A DNA stretch of 64,000 nt, taken from NCBI GenBank assembly GCA_951406725.2, contig OX597822.1, positions 83,700,001 to 83,764,000 of the forward strand, written 5' to 3'. Each line of letters starts with the position of its first letter. The stretch's first letter is position 1. The notes below the pieces were generated by a model that saw only the letters and a program-made list of their open reading frames with translations, was not told where the DNA came from and did not search any database. The DNA is from Octopus vulgaris (Eukaryota). Below are positions 25,240 to 39,372 of this stretch, one piece after another. A program made the translations under genes and the position numbers.

Positions 25240-25480
25240 ATCCAGAGAAAATGTTCTCCTCCAGATAGACATTTCGGATCTGGAATTAAGTTATGACATG
25301 GAATTCTTGAATCTAAAAGATGTTCCCTCTCTTTCAGGTACACATAGCTTGCATTTCTTTAACCCATTTACAAATAGTGTAGATTTCTCCACGATGTTCC
25401 ACATGATTGTATATCTTGGCAGTCATCAGATCCCCTACAGGGATAGCCAACATAGTGGATTTATTTTTGTCAATTTGTCG
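25240..25480 (-). mobile_element. Penelope-like GIY-YIG C-terminal relic (Naiad-like signature)
   Basis: KSTMLA...IMWNIVEKSTLFVNGLKKCKLCVPE...LNSRSEM, resembling the WxI...CxLCxxEK...LNxRxE motif. Confidence 0.6.
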
Positions 25481-25928
25481 GAAAGAAGATATTTAGCTTG
25501 CATATCAATTTTAAAATTACCTTCGCATTAACCGACGTAATTTTGCTTTTCGATTACATTGTCTGGGGGCAACACTTCTGTGACTTCGGCCAAAGTTCCT
25601 GCATTCTACACTAGCTAGATTAATTATAATTTTGACGGACAAAGGGAGTGGAAGCCTTAACTTTCTGTTCTTTTTTCTGTTGTTATTTAAGTTTTGTCTT
25701 CTCATTCTACTTTTTGACTCAACTTTCTCATGATGTCTCGAGTTTTCTCGTAGACCAGGCTCCTAGTAACCATGTGCATTGGAGACAATAATTATTTACT
25801 GAATAATTGTGTTTGCTGAATAATAATTCGAAGGCATGAAACGTCGAAGTTCAAATTTAAATATTATGTATATTTAATATTCCTTTCTCACTGGATGAAG
25901 TACTTTGTTGATCCAACGGAACATAGTA

Positions 25929-25980
<52 letters not shown>

Positions 25981-26233
25981 CATCAATTAAAATTAAGGAT
26001 AAAATCTATATAGGATTTTATTAGATAGCTCGCGTGCAAAAATCAATTAAGGTAAAATTTAATACAACATATATAATTTTATAAATATATTTATTTAATT
26101 ATTGTAAGAGCAATTGCGTGGTAATGTCACACGCTAGGAGACACGCCAAATGGTTCTAAAATACTTTATCACATATACACACACACTGGAAGCGAGGAAA
26201 TGAACAAATATATTTTTTGAAAAAGTTTATATA

Positions 26234-26318
<85 letters not shown>

Positions 26319-26396
26319 TTTATTTTTATTATTATCATTATAATAATAATAATAATTATTATTATTATTAATATTATTATCATCATCATTATTATT

Positions 26397-26715
26397 ATTA
26401 GCATTATCCTACGTTTGAGAATAAAATTATTTCCTTATCTGAACGCTTCTAAAGCAAATTTTATTTGTTGACTTTCAACGTAAGTTGAATTTAATGTATG
26501 ATAGCGTCTTATAAAGCTAGATTTATATAACCTAAATTTACAGAAGGTAGTTTAGATTAATGGTAAATCACTTCACGCGTAATCACAGAGATGTGAGTTC
26601 GAATCTCATGACCGGCCGTCGACAATTTTTTCTGCAAAATATGGATAGTTTATCCTGTTCATGCTATATTATTAGTATTATCCTGCGTTTGAAAATAAAA
26701 TTATTTCTCTATCTG
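26397..26715 (+). repeat. 45-bp direct repeats (26397-26441, 26671-26715) flanking a tRNA-like A/B-box segment (about 26547-26620)
   Basis: ATTAGYATTATCCTRCGTTTGARAATAAAATTATTTC..TATCTG twice; TAGATTAATGG and GAGTTCGAATCTC between them. Confidence 0.65.
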
Positions 26716-27173
26716 TATCTCATATGTATATATGTACAGATATATATATACACACGTAACTATGTATCTGAGGAAAACCTTTATAATTCAACAAATATAT
26801 TTTCTATCAAAAGACTGCCGCTATTAGCCTACTCAGAAATCACGTTGTATAGTAAGATAATTATAATCGGTTATTTGGCTGATTTTCTCCAAGGGAGACA
26901 AACCATCCTGCTAAGGCTTTATACTCATATCGCCTTTCCTCGTAAGTAACGACAACATAAATACGACAAAGTTTTCTTAACTTTACATTCATCCATTTTA
27001 ATAAGATGAGCTTCTTTTCTTAAATTCGCTTCTCTCTTCAGAGAAGAGAGAAAACTGTTTTAAAATTCCGTTTAATCTCCAATGTCAAGTGCCTCGTATG
27101 GTAAAGTAAAATGTATTTTGAGGGCTTTTGAAAGTTGACTGCAGCATTTGAAATATTTTATGTATGTAATCTA

Positions 27174-27224
<51 letters not shown>

Positions 27225-27226
27225 CA

Positions 27227-27356
27227 TTCAGTAGTTTTATTTTTATAGCGTGCTTTCACTTCACAGCCGAACGCAGCTCTGTGTGCCTTGGGTATGTGCT
27301 GTGATTTGTTATGATGCTCTGATGGTAATTGTATGGAATGTGTTCTGCGTAGGATG

Positions 27357-27359
<3 letters not shown>
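27227..27359 (-). mobile_element. R4/Dong-type LINE 3' stub within (TAA)n
   Basis: HILRRTHSIQ C-terminal remnant plus 3' UTR; (ATT)n on both sides. Confidence 0.7.
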
Positions 27360-27438
<79 letters not shown>

Positions 27439-28379
27439 TTGTTCGTAGATAGAAAACAATATAACCATTTAAACACAGTAACAGAACATCCATAGAAAAT
27501 GTTTGTAAAAAATTCATAAGTTTTCTGACGTTGAAACCTTTGTTTCATTTATATCGGATAACATTTTTCATTTGATTTGGAGATCTCCCATCATTTCATA
27601 AATCACAGCAATGTATATTTTCATTGTATTTTTTTGTTTGTTTGGTTGGGTTTTTTGTTGTTAATATTTTCTTTTTTTTTGTTTTGTTTTGCTTTTTTTT
27701 TATATCCTGAAATCCATTGTGCTGATTTATCAACTTAAGAAACCTGCAGGTAATAAATTTCTTTCTGATTTAAATCATCAACTTCACGAAAATTGTCAAT
27801 TTTTGAAATATAAAAAAAAATAGTCCCTGATGCTTAGTTTTATGAATAAATATAAATGGATATTCACCAGTTTTGCCATACATACCTTTCTAGTTACAAA
27901 AAACCTTTTCAAATAACTTTATTTGTCGAGTTTTCTGACGGTAGCAGAGGGAGAAAATGAAATAATTGCAATAGTCTGTGTCATGAATGATAAATGCTAA
28001 AATATGAAAATGAATTAACATTAAATATGGATGTAGAAAATGAAATACCTATTTCGCCAAATGACATTAATGGTGATAAAGTAGAGCACTATACAATATT
28101 TCCTGCAAATAACAGAGAAAATAAAAGCGAAAATATATCTAAATTAGGCAGTAACTTCTAGTCATACTAAGAAATGAAGTCTTCCTTTCCTGCATGCTAT
28201 TGGTCATGAATGAAAATTCTCTCAAGATTATAAATTTAAGAGATTAAAACCTAGACGTAGAATAGTAATAACTCACTCATTCGGTTTTCTAACACACAAT
28301 GATATGACTACGATTTAAATATCTGCCGCCACCACCTGCCTTTGTGATACCATCATTTCCAAGCCTTAACATATATTAT

Positions 28380-28590
28380 CTATTTACTCTTCTACTTGTT
28401 CCAGTCATATGACTGTGGCCATGCTGAAGCACCGCTTTTAGTCGAGCAAATCGACCCCAGTATTTATTCTTTGTAAGCCTAGTACTTATTGTATCGGTCT
28501 CTTTTGTCGAACCGCTAAGTTACGCGGACGTAAACACACCACCATCGGTTGTCAAGCGATGTTGGGGAGACAAACAAAGACACGCAAATA

Positions 28591-28629
<39 letters not shown>

Positions 28630-28643
28630 ACACACACAAACAC

Positions 28644-28740
<97 letters not shown>

Positions 28741-28905
28741 CGACGGGCTTCTTTCAATTTCTGTTTACCAAATTCACTCACAAGGCTTTGGTCGGCTCGA
28801 AGCTACAGTAGAAGACACTTGCCCAAGGTGCCACGTAGTGGGACTGAACCCGGAATCATCTGATTCGTAAGCAAGCTACTTACCACACTGCCACTCCTAC
28901 GCCTA
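28380..28905 (-). mobile_element. SINE family 2, near full length with internal (TA)n(TG)n
   Basis: A-box TGGCAGTGTGG, B-box GGTTCAGTCCC, CACCTTGGGCAAGTGTCTT core. Confidence 0.9.
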
Positions 28906-29175
28906 TCTATTTATAATATTGCAATACAATGTATATTTGTTTGTGCAAAAGAACAATCTTTTATTTCAATAGATTCTTCTCTTGAACTGATACTCTCTGG
29001 AATTCATTTCCATCATCATATTTTTCTTTCCCTTCGTCTATGATTTCATATGTTCTGTAGATCATTCTGTCGAAATTCCTGCACAAGTGGTAAGAACGAC
29101 TGGGTAGCGACCCAAGGAATCATCAGTTGTTAACCAACGCACACACACACACAAACACACACATACACATGCATA

Positions 29176-29260
<85 letters not shown>

Positions 29261-29511
29261 GAACACACAATAACGACTACCATTATTATTATTATTATAA
29301 TTCATATGAAATCCGTCTGTAACATAACTTCTACTCTATTTTACAAGTCCCCCAGTCTCAATCTTGCATTGTTCCAGCTCTATGTATGTATGTATGTATG
29401 TATGTATGTATGTATGTATGTATGTATGTATGTATGTATGTATGCATGCATGCATGCATGTATGTATGTATGTATGTATGTATGTATGTATGTATGTATG
29501 TATGTATGTAT

Positions 29512-29735
29512 GTCATAGTTCAATTTCAAGATTTCTTGCCAATAGAAAAAGAACCAGTTTCTAGCACAGATTCAAGGCTCCTTCATTGGAATTTCAACAC
29601 CATGAACAAGGTATTTTTGTATATATTGTTATGTGCAGATTTATATGTTTTGTTTTATGTATATATTCTCATGCGTATAGTTGCATGTCTAGACTAAACT
29701 TCTGGGAAGTTTTACAGATTTTTGTAGGGATGTAA
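29512..29735 (-). mobile_element. RLE LINE 3' UTR stub, (TACA)n-associated family
   Basis: Reverse complement of the 3' UTR at 11150-11388 and 57880-57985; ends in (TACA)n at 29381-29512. Confidence 0.8.
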
Positions 29736-29826
29736 CTAGATGACTTATAGGCACATTTTCAATTTAGTTGCCTCCATTTATGCCAAAATAATATCAACAC
29801 TATTAATAATGATGATGATGATGATG

Positions 29827-29904
<78 letters not shown>

Positions 29905-29951
29905 GTTGTTGTTGTTGTTGTTATTATCATCATCATCATCATCATCATCAT

Positions 29952-30009
<58 letters not shown>

Positions 30010-30011
<2 letters not shown>

Positions 30012-30970
30012 AGAAGATATGATTGGGTAAAAAAGGAATGTTGAAGCAGTGAAAATGCAGGGAACCTTAAAAGTGAACAATGCCGTAGATCCAGCACAAT
30101 TGAAGAAAGACTAAAGAGAGCAGATGAAGAAATTTTGGCGGCAAAAAGAAAATGCACAGTCAGTTCTTGAAGAATAAAGACTGATTGGAGTAGAGCCTGG
30201 CAATAAGTGTAGAAAGGAGACTTAAAAGGGTCCACTGAGGCATTAGTCTGCAGGGCTCAATAACAAGCTCTCGGAACAAAGTACTCCAAATAGCACATTG
30301 ATAAAAGCACTGACTCGCCACAGTGTAGGATGTGCTCTGAGAAGGGAGAAAGTATAAGCTATATTGTTAGTGAGTGCTGTAAGCTCGCACAACGCGAATA
30401 CAAAAGGAGACATACAGTGTTGCCAGATAAGTCTACTGGCTGTTGTGCGGTAAAGTAAACCTCGAGAGAGCCGAACAACGGTATGAACGACATGCCAAGG
30501 GGTGTAATGGAAAACGAATGTTAAAAAAATACCGAGACTTTAACATGAAGTGCGACCAAGTCATAGAGGCGAGACGACCAGATATCGTGCTCATCCATAA
30601 AGATGAAAAAGAATTAAAGATAATAGATGTTGCAATACCAGGCGATTCGAGGGTGAAATGTAAGGAAACAGTAAATATTAAGAAATACCAGCCACTGCGA
30701 GACGAGATAGGAAAGTTATGGGGCATGCGGAAAGTAATGGTGATACCGGTGGTAATTGGAGCATTAGGAGCTGTTTCCACGGGCTTTGAAAAACATATTA
30801 AGAATATTGGAGCTGCTACCAGGCTCGAGGTGATCCAGAAGACAGAATTATTGTGTGCAGCTCGCATTCTAAGGAGAGTATTGTCTCTTTGAGTCACAGG
30901 AGAAGGCACTACTTGAAACCTTTGGTGATTTGTTATTGCCCGCTTTCAAATAAAAATTAACCGATAATTA
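30010..30970 (+). mobile_element. R4/Dong-type LINE 3' part (zinc knuckle and RLE), between ATT/AAT repeats
   Basis: CRMCSEKGESISYIVSEC..LAQREYKRRH, RRPDIVL...IIDVAIP, KYQPL, VIPVVIGALG; stop at 30892. Confidence 0.92.
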
Positions 30971-31090
30971 ACAATTATCCGTGAGTCTTTCAGAATAATA
31001 ATAATAATGATAATAATAATAATAATAATAACAACAACAACAACAACAGCAGCAGCAGCAACAACAACAACAACAGCAACAACAACAACG

Positions 31091-31146
<56 letters not shown>

Positions 31147-32413
31147 TCATCTCGTCTGATGCCTTAACGAATCCACTATTTCGGTGTTTCGGTCTAATAC
31201 ATTGTATATTGACCCCTAGCTCGAAGGAAACGCAAAAATTGGTCACAGAGTGCAAACGATTTGACTGAATATTGCAAGTTTTTTCTACTGTACTCTCTCA
31301 AAACACAGCCAATTTACCGAGTGTTATGTTTAAAATCTGATAAAAGCTTTAATGTATTCATTAGAATATCTTTTGGAATTTTATAACATTTACTTAGATG
31401 TTGAAATAGATTCACTTTTGAAGATATATTATCGAGTATTACATCGTTTTGAATCATTTTTCTACGTGAACAGGGTTTTTTTTTATTACATTAAATTTAG
31501 CTAAGTATCCCTTGCGTGTTTGACTTATGGATCATAATTTTACCAAACAACTAATAACATCTCATATAACATCTCTGCACTTTGTAAATCAAAGAAGAAC
31601 CAAACTCTCCATGAAGATACAAGATAAGAAATTTTCTTCAATTCGAATCATTATTCTCTCTAGCATCTTTCATGTTTTCTTAAAACATTATAACTAGCTG
31701 GTTAATTAATGCATTATAACTTTTTAATTAATATTGCCTAATGTGATCGCGTGCATAGGCACTCTTCAAGTTTCCGATTACATTTACTTTCAAATTTTCT
31801 AAGGACTGTCACTGGGATCAAGAGGTTCCGAACGACAAATAGAATCTATCGGTTTCAAATACTTTTATGAGAACACTGAATTTTAAAACTTCCGAGTTAT
31901 TCGGCACCAAATGTGGTCCTTTCTTTTTGCCATCTTATTTTTTTTAAGAAAGATTAACACATATAGGTCTATTAAAAGACTGATTTCTATATATCCTACA
32001 ACGCGTTTTGATAAATTTTAAATAAAAAATCATTTATTAACTATCAGCTAGAGGACACCATTAACGTCACCATGTATAGTGATCTAGATATATTTAGCCG
32101 TTCTATAAATGAAAACGAAATAGAGCTTAAGAAAATTGGTACAAGAGTGATACGATTAATATTTGTCAAATTATTTCCTGTACTGTGAGGACAGGTGAAA
32201 TCTGATGTTCCTAGAAAAATATTATACATTAGTAATACTAAATGAAAGAATTTTGACAACGTGGACACTTCATTGCCTGGAGTTTCACTATATAGAATGC
32301 GTTGAGCTGTCAGAAACGATATATAATAATAATAAACAATCACATCATCAAAACCTATGAACCTGAGCATTAAATGATGATGATCAGAATTTTTTATGTA
32401 TTGAATTTAAATC

Positions 32414-32808
32414 CTTGTTTGTCTCGTCTGTGTTTAGCCACTTGTGGGTAGTAAAGAAATAGATATTTCGCCTGCCGCTACGTTATTAGTTCAAATTCCG
32501 CCGAGGTTGACTTTGCCTTTCATCCTTTCGAGCCCGATTACATAATTACCAGTTACGCACTGGGATCGATATAATCGACTTAATCCGTTTGTCTGTCTTT
32601 GTTTGTCTCTTCTGTGTTTAGCCTCTTGTGGGTAGTAAAGAAATAGGTATTCCGTCTGTCTTTACGTTCTGAGTTCAAATTCCGCCGAGGTCGACTTTGC
32701 CTTTCATTTTTTTCGGGGTCGATAAATTTAGTACCAGTTGCGTACAGGAATCAATCTAATGGCCCCCTCTCCAAAAATTTGGGGCCTTGTGCCTAGAGTA
32801 GAAGAGAA
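32414..32808 (+). mobile_element. Tandem SINE family-1 array: tail A, headless unit with tail A, headless unit with tail B
   Basis: Junctions AAAGAAATAG|ATATTTCG (32463) and AAAGAAATAG|GTATTCCG (32647). Confidence 0.85.
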
Positions 32809-33808
32809 TACATGCTTGTGTAAATCATAAAAGAAGACATGAAAAATGGATATTCTCAGAAACGATATATTACGTTATATTCTTGAGACAGGACTTGAAA
32901 CAATGTTCTAACATGAAATCACGTTACGTATTATAACATGAATTCACTTTATAATTAATCTTCGATGATATGAAGAGTTAATTTAAAACCATGACTCGGG
33001 AAAATAATATAGAAGACAGCCATAGGATATTTTCCAATGTTATAATTTTAAATTATCCACTCAATGAATTTAACTCACTCTTTTTCAATAAATCTCTCAG
33101 TCGGCGTGCGACTACTCGGCATTCACTTGGCTATGATTGACACAGTTTTCATAAGACCAAGATATGTCCACATTTCTTGCTATAACGACTAAACACTCTT
33201 ACATCCAGCATAATTAAATGCAAAGTTTGATAAAGGGAATAATCTTTCATTAAAAGCTGAGAAATATCTCTCCCTTACGGCTATATATTCAATATATATT
33301 GATAATTATTTTCGGCTAAAAGTATTATATTGCTTGATTTAACTGCATCAACATTATATGTACTTCATGTAAAGGCACTCTTGGGATAACAGCTAAGAAG
33401 CTACAAAGATCTATGTCTGGGAATGCGATAGGTAACAATATTGGACAGATATGATTTTTACACCTTTTTTACTATAAGAGAGAATTTTTCTCCATGGTAA
33501 CTGCAGTGAATTTGTCTTAAAATGTTGAAATATGTCGCAAATATATTTTAATTAACAACTGGTACTTAATTTATCGACCCCGAAAGGATGAAAGGCAAAG
33601 TCGACATAGCGTAACGTGAAATATATGTAAGTGTGTGTGTGTATGCGTGTGTATAGAAATGCTTGTGTGTACAGTGGCATGTGCAATTGTTACTCGTGAG
33701 TTTAGAGCACAAAGTGGAGTATCATCATCCAATCAGCTTCAAGTAAAGTGGGGTGATTACTACTTAGCAATATTGCCGATCATTATATGCGTGTGTGTGT
33801 GTGTGTGC

Positions 33809-33877
<69 letters not shown>

Positions 33878-34160
33878 ATCTATCTCTCTATGTCTCTCTT
33901 CCTTTCTCTCATTCTCTCTCTCTCTATATATATATATATACACACACACACACATACATGCATACATACATGCATGCATACACATACATACATGCATACA
34001 TACACATACATACATGCATGCATACACATACATGCATACATACATACATGCATACACATACATACATACATGCATACATACATACATACATACATACACA
34101 CACACATACATACATACATACATACATACATACATACATACATACATACATACATACATA
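33809..34160. repeat. Compound (ATCT)n/(TA)n/(TACA)n microsatellite
   Basis: Direct. Confidence 0.95.
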
Positions 34161-34164
34161 GAGA

Positions 34165-35690
34165 GGAGACTCAGAAAATGCTAGAGAAACATAAAACTCC
34201 GAAGAAGAACATAAAAGGTCACCTCGATTATTCTGTTGTTTGCAAAACGATCAAAGAACGTCTGAGAAATGACTTTGAAAATTGTAAGTTGAAAAAGTTG
34301 CTGCTGGCTACAGCGGAAAGAAAAAACCTAAGAAGATGCCGAAGAAAGCTGATACTCTATATGTGAAAGGTGATGGCGCTCAAGAACGAGGACAGGCTCA
34401 CAGTGATAGACAATTTGGAGACGGAAGAGGTGTGCAAACTGCTCTGCACTGACCTTTTAAAATCTTCAGAGACATTCAAGCTTCCACTGCCTTGAATATT
34501 GGTAGCAGTGCCATCTGTTGTGGTCAGTGAAACTGAAAATGTTCTGAAATTGATGAATGCAGACAAAACTCTTGAAAAGATGTTAATATGCGGAAGTGTA
34601 GAGCTGTGGAAAATTGTTGTTCTTCAATCGCTGTCTAATGGAGGGTAAACTATCCTTGTTGTGGAAAGCGCCGAACATCATCAGGGTGACAAAAATATAT
34701 TTAAAAAAACTATCGCCACATCTGCTTTTTGTCTCACCTCTATAAGCTATTTAGAAAAAGATCATTGAAACCAGACAATTGAAACTCCTCAATGACCAAT
34801 AGCCGAAGGAATAAGCATGTTTCTGTAGGAACTACAGTACGACGGATCACATATTCATGCTAGCACATCTTATAGAACAAGAGAATAAATACAAGCTGCC
34901 TCTGTGCATCACTTCCCTGGACTACGAAAACGTCTTCGATAGCGTGGAGGTGAGCGCAATGCTGAAATCTCTGGAAATGCAATGTATCGAGGTACACAGT
35001 GGGTATACTACTGTGTACTGCTATCACTACTAGTAAGAGTTCCAATTGGGAAGGGCGTTAAACAAGGACATACTATCACTCCAAAATTCTTCACTGCATG
35101 TTTAGAAAGGGTCATCAGAGATACTGAGTAGACAGGTCAACGCTGAGTTTCTAACTCACCTCCAATTCGCAGATGACATTCTTACTTATCGCCGAAACCA
35201 CATGTCAGCTGCTGACCATGTTGACAAAACCTGGCAGCCATAGCTCAATAGTAGGCCTTAAAATGAACCTTATGTCAACAAAATACATGCTGTCTCAAGA
35301 TATGTATTTCTTTATTGCCTACAAGAGGCTAAACATATAGGGGACAAACAAGGACAGACAAAGGGATTAAGTCGATTACATCGACCGCAGTGCGTAACTG
35401 GTACTTTATTTTATCGACCCTGAAAGGATGAAAGGTAAAGTCAACCTCGGCGGAATTTGAACACAGAACGTAGCGGCAGACGAAATACTGCTAAGCATTT
35501 CGCCCGGCGTGCTTAACGTTTATGCCAGCTCACCGCCTTCATGCTGTGTCAAGATATAGCAGAAGCGGTGGAATCGAGGATTCAAAGGACAACGTATGTT
35601 AAGTGCACACAATGAATATGCGCCTAACTATAGATGCGGAAGCCTCGACGATAATTAGGGCAGGATGCGCTCAATGCAAAGACCATACTA
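34165..35690 (+). mobile_element. RTE-clade LINE RT relic, interrupted by a SINE
   Basis: YRHICFLSHLYKLF, YSTTDHIF, YKLPLCITSLDYENVFDSVE, KGVKQGHTITPKFFTACLE, LTHLQFADDI, VGLKMN..TKYM; many stops. Confidence 0.85.
35304..35539 (-). mobile_element. SINE family 1, tail A, full length with 18-bp TSD
   Basis: TSD CATGCTGTSTCAAGATAT at 35286-35303 and 35540-35557. Confidence 0.92.
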
Positions 35691-37019
35691 TTTAATAGCA
35701 GCGAAAATATCCTAAGAAGTGATAATCCGATACTAAAAATTACAGTGCAACGAATAAGAATTATGGTAGGCAGTGATCCCCAGCCCCACCCCACCAAAAT
35801 AAAAAAGAAAACAAAGAAAGAATAAGAGATAAATATGAAACGAATTGCAAATTAAAGTTAGGAAGATTCATTTGAACTATGGAAATAAACAGTGAAGCCA
35901 ATTCTAAAGTGATAACATGCAATATGAAAGAAAAATAAGGGTTATAAACGCAGAGGCTAATTAAACATTCAAATAACCCGGCAAACAAGTGAAGCTATTT
36001 TAAATATGAATTATTATGGGCAATAGGTTTCGTTGCAACAGGAAAAAAACTCGCAGAGAAATCATTGAATTTAAATGAAAAAGGCAGCTAGCATAGAAAT
36101 AAATAGATTGGAAAAGATGTTAACGGAAGAAAATATTATAGAGTATTATATGTTAGATTTGAAAGCTGTGCGAAATTGAGAAGACGAGTGAGTTTTAAGC
36201 AAGTGAAAACTTCATTGAAGTGGTGAAAGCAAAATCTTCAATAACGCAGCGTTTGAAAAAATGTTAAATAATTCGAAGAAAAGCAACATGTTTTCCAGAT
36301 AACTTTGGCATGTATAGGAAATTATAAAGTCTTTCATAAGAGTTGAAAACCAACAAAGAAGAAAAGTATTACAAGAATTTTGAAGAAATTATCGGCAAGT
36401 TAAAAAGAGAAAAACGTTCCAACCCAAATAAATAGAACTGGACAAGTATCATTGAAGATTTAGTAATGCAAAACACGAAAAGAAATCTTGTCAGAATATT
36501 GCGTGGGATCGACAGAGATATATTGAACATCAAGATTTACATCACCACCACCCCACACAGACACATACTCATTCCTATACACGCATTAATACGCTGGCAC
36601 ACCTCAAGTTTTAACAAACAAACACCCATTAATTAGTGAAGTCGTTCACGTAAGAAGTGTTCCAAAATTTATATGCCAATCAGATATATCTAACCAAAGA
36701 AACAGTTTCGTAAATTCATGGTAAAAATTGGACAGTTATCTACAAAATCCCAAGAGTGATTAGTTTATCTGTTAGCCCGAAAGAAGGTGGTGTCCATGAC
36801 CGGGGGCGTGGCATTCGAAATTTGATAGAAAGAAGAAGAATGGTGTAAACAAAGTGCCTAAATGGAGTATTTTTAACAGTGTGGACTCCGCTAAAGGTCC
36901 CCAAGTTGCCAGTTAATAGTGGCATAACGGCTAACGCTGTGTATTTCTCACATTCATTATATCCAGATGCCAAATATTAACACATAGATATATCATGCAC
37001 ATTCCCGCTACACACGTTA

Positions 37020-37990
37020 TTAATAAAGCGCATTACTTTTTCCTTGGTATTCGAGTACTATATTTCTCCACCTTGCTTCATATTTATGGGCTTAATCTGG
37101 TATCAATAATATTAATACGCGTACTTTTTGTTTTTAAATATACGCACCCGTGGTGTGTGTCACACCTCAAAGGAAAAGGTAAAATGGTTAAAGCAGGTGG
37201 TACAAAGTAAAAGAGAAATAAAAGCTATAAACAGGGGCGGTATAACTGAAGTGAGTGGTAAAGCGAGAGAGAGGAGAGGGACAGAAGCAGAGGAAGTATA
37301 GTAGAAGTGAGAGGTAAAGTGGTAAAAGGGAGGAAGTAAGAGGGAGTGCGAGATAGAGATGGGGATTGATAGCGCAGAGAGGTTAAGAGGAATACAACGC
37401 GTTAAACGCAGGGCAGTTAGAGGCAAGGAGACATAGAGGAGGGAGAGGTGAGGAAGAGGAAAAGAGAGAGATTTAGAGAGATAGGATAAAAGAGGATATA
37501 AAAGTGACTTGCAAGCAGCTGAGTAATACAGACATATGCATACCATTAAGGTAGATTTCCAGGAGATTCAGCCTCAGACAGAATATGACAAGGCTGGCCC
37601 CTTTCAATTACAGCTACACCTCACTTTGGCCAGCTGAGTGGATTGGAGCAAGATGAACATTCACGTGGTTGGAAGAAAACTAAAACAGATCCTATATCGG
37701 GGGAAGAAAATCTTTTTAGTCGTTAGGGTCAATATGGGTTTAATTCGGTCCTAACAGCGGCATTTTGGGGTCTCACAGACCTGGATGCCAAGTGCAGGCT
37801 GTTGTTATCAAACTGAGCGTGAATCCAGGGCGAAGTCACTACTCGACGGAATAGCAGTTATCTCGTCTTAGCTTTCACTGCTTATACCAAACACGTGATA
37901 CATCTACCTTGCGATATATATATATTACTCTACCACTGGTATTTGAGTACTCTTTTTTCCACCTTGTTTCACATTTATGTGTTTACTCCG

Positions 37991-37996
<6 letters not shown>
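37020..37996 (+). repeat. Two related ~75-bp pseudo-LTR-like termini (37020-37105 and 37920-37996) with a GA-rich tract and a SINE fragment (37545-37652, minus) between them
   Basis: TGGTATTYGAGTACT...TCCACCTTG.TTCA.ATTTATG present twice; the second abuts (TA)n. Confidence 0.5.
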
Positions 37997-38048
<52 letters not shown>

Positions 38049-38880
38049 TATATCTTTTTATATTATACATTATATATTATATATGTACTTAACACATGTC
38101 TATGTTATATATATATATACATACATGTACATATGTGTGTGTGTGTGTGTCTTTTGAAGAAAAGAGAGAGAGAGAGAGAGAGAGAGATGTAAACAGAGAA
38201 GAGGAGAAAGGAAAACTAAGTAGATAGACTAAATGCAGAGACGTGAAGATGAATGCTGCTCTTCTAACAAGCAGCAACAACACATAGCAACCAGTTTATG
38301 CAAATGCTCACTCAACTGAATTATATATTTCATTCTGTGAATCGACGAAAGGAACAGCACTTTGAAATCCCTCAAATGTAAATTCTTTCCACGTTTTGGA
38401 AATGAACAATGTCAGCGTGCTGACTACAAATTTCTTGTCACGCGATCATTATTGCTATTAACGAATAGACATGTCGAATAGCCTAGTGGTGCGTTGGATA
38501 TACAAGCGATACCAATCTTTATTGAAAGCTGTTTGGTTCTCTTTTTACTCCACGGAAACCACTGCTAAGTATCTTGCCTATGGATTATTGTATTTTGTTT
38601 AGCTTCTAGCTATGGTTTGTGTTAGCAAGCGCTAACGCAATGAGAACACATCTCAACAGACGCCATGTATCGGAGAATATTATCGAGAGAATTTCGTAAA
38701 TTGGGATAACTTCGTATGCAGTGAGGAGCGGGAATTCCTGTGTAACACATTCTCGAAGAGCGAGAAAATTGTTTTATATTTTATCTTTACTACAATTTAA
38801 TTCCAGTGCCAACATCTTCATTCTTTATTGCTTTTGGTTACTGTCGACACTGGTCGCTTCTGAACGACTCCGGTAATATA

Positions 38881-38881
<1 letters not shown>

Positions 38882-38911
<30 letters not shown>

Positions 38912-38938
38912 AAGAAGAAGAAGAAGAAGAAGAAGAAG

Positions 38939-38968
<30 letters not shown>
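38882..38968. repeat. (AAG)n microsatellite
   Basis: Direct. Confidence 0.95.
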
Positions 38969-38969
<1 letters not shown>

Positions 38970-39157
38970 TCGCAATTCAGACTTATGTGAATGCTTAATA
39001 TAATAAAAAGTAAACTCATTAAAACCAAGCTATATTTCTCAAGTACCTATTCTTTGCAAACCGCAGTGTAATAAATGACAAAAGTAAGCCGTCTTCACAT
39101 AGACAATATAATGAGCCAGTTGGTATGACAATTTGCATCGTTGTCTAAAACTATAGC

Positions 39158-39372
39158 CAAGGTGGTTAGCAGGCAGAATCGCTAACACGCTGTACAAACG
39201 ATCAGCAGCATTTTTTCCGGCATTACGTTCTGAGTTCAAATGACGCTGAGGTCGACTTTACTTTTCATTCTTTCTGGATCTATAAAATAATACCAGATGA
39301 ACACTGGAATAGATAACATCGACAACTCCATTACCCCTAAATTTCAGGCCCATCTGCTTACAAGTAGAAAGA
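39158..39372 (+). mobile_element. SINE family 1, degenerate, tail B
   Basis: GGCAGAATCGCTAAC...GAGTTCAAAT...GGTCGACTTT. Confidence 0.7.

Noticed and set aside
38706-38717. loxP half-site-like ATAACTTCGTAT
   Set aside because: No spacer or second inverted arm; chance match.
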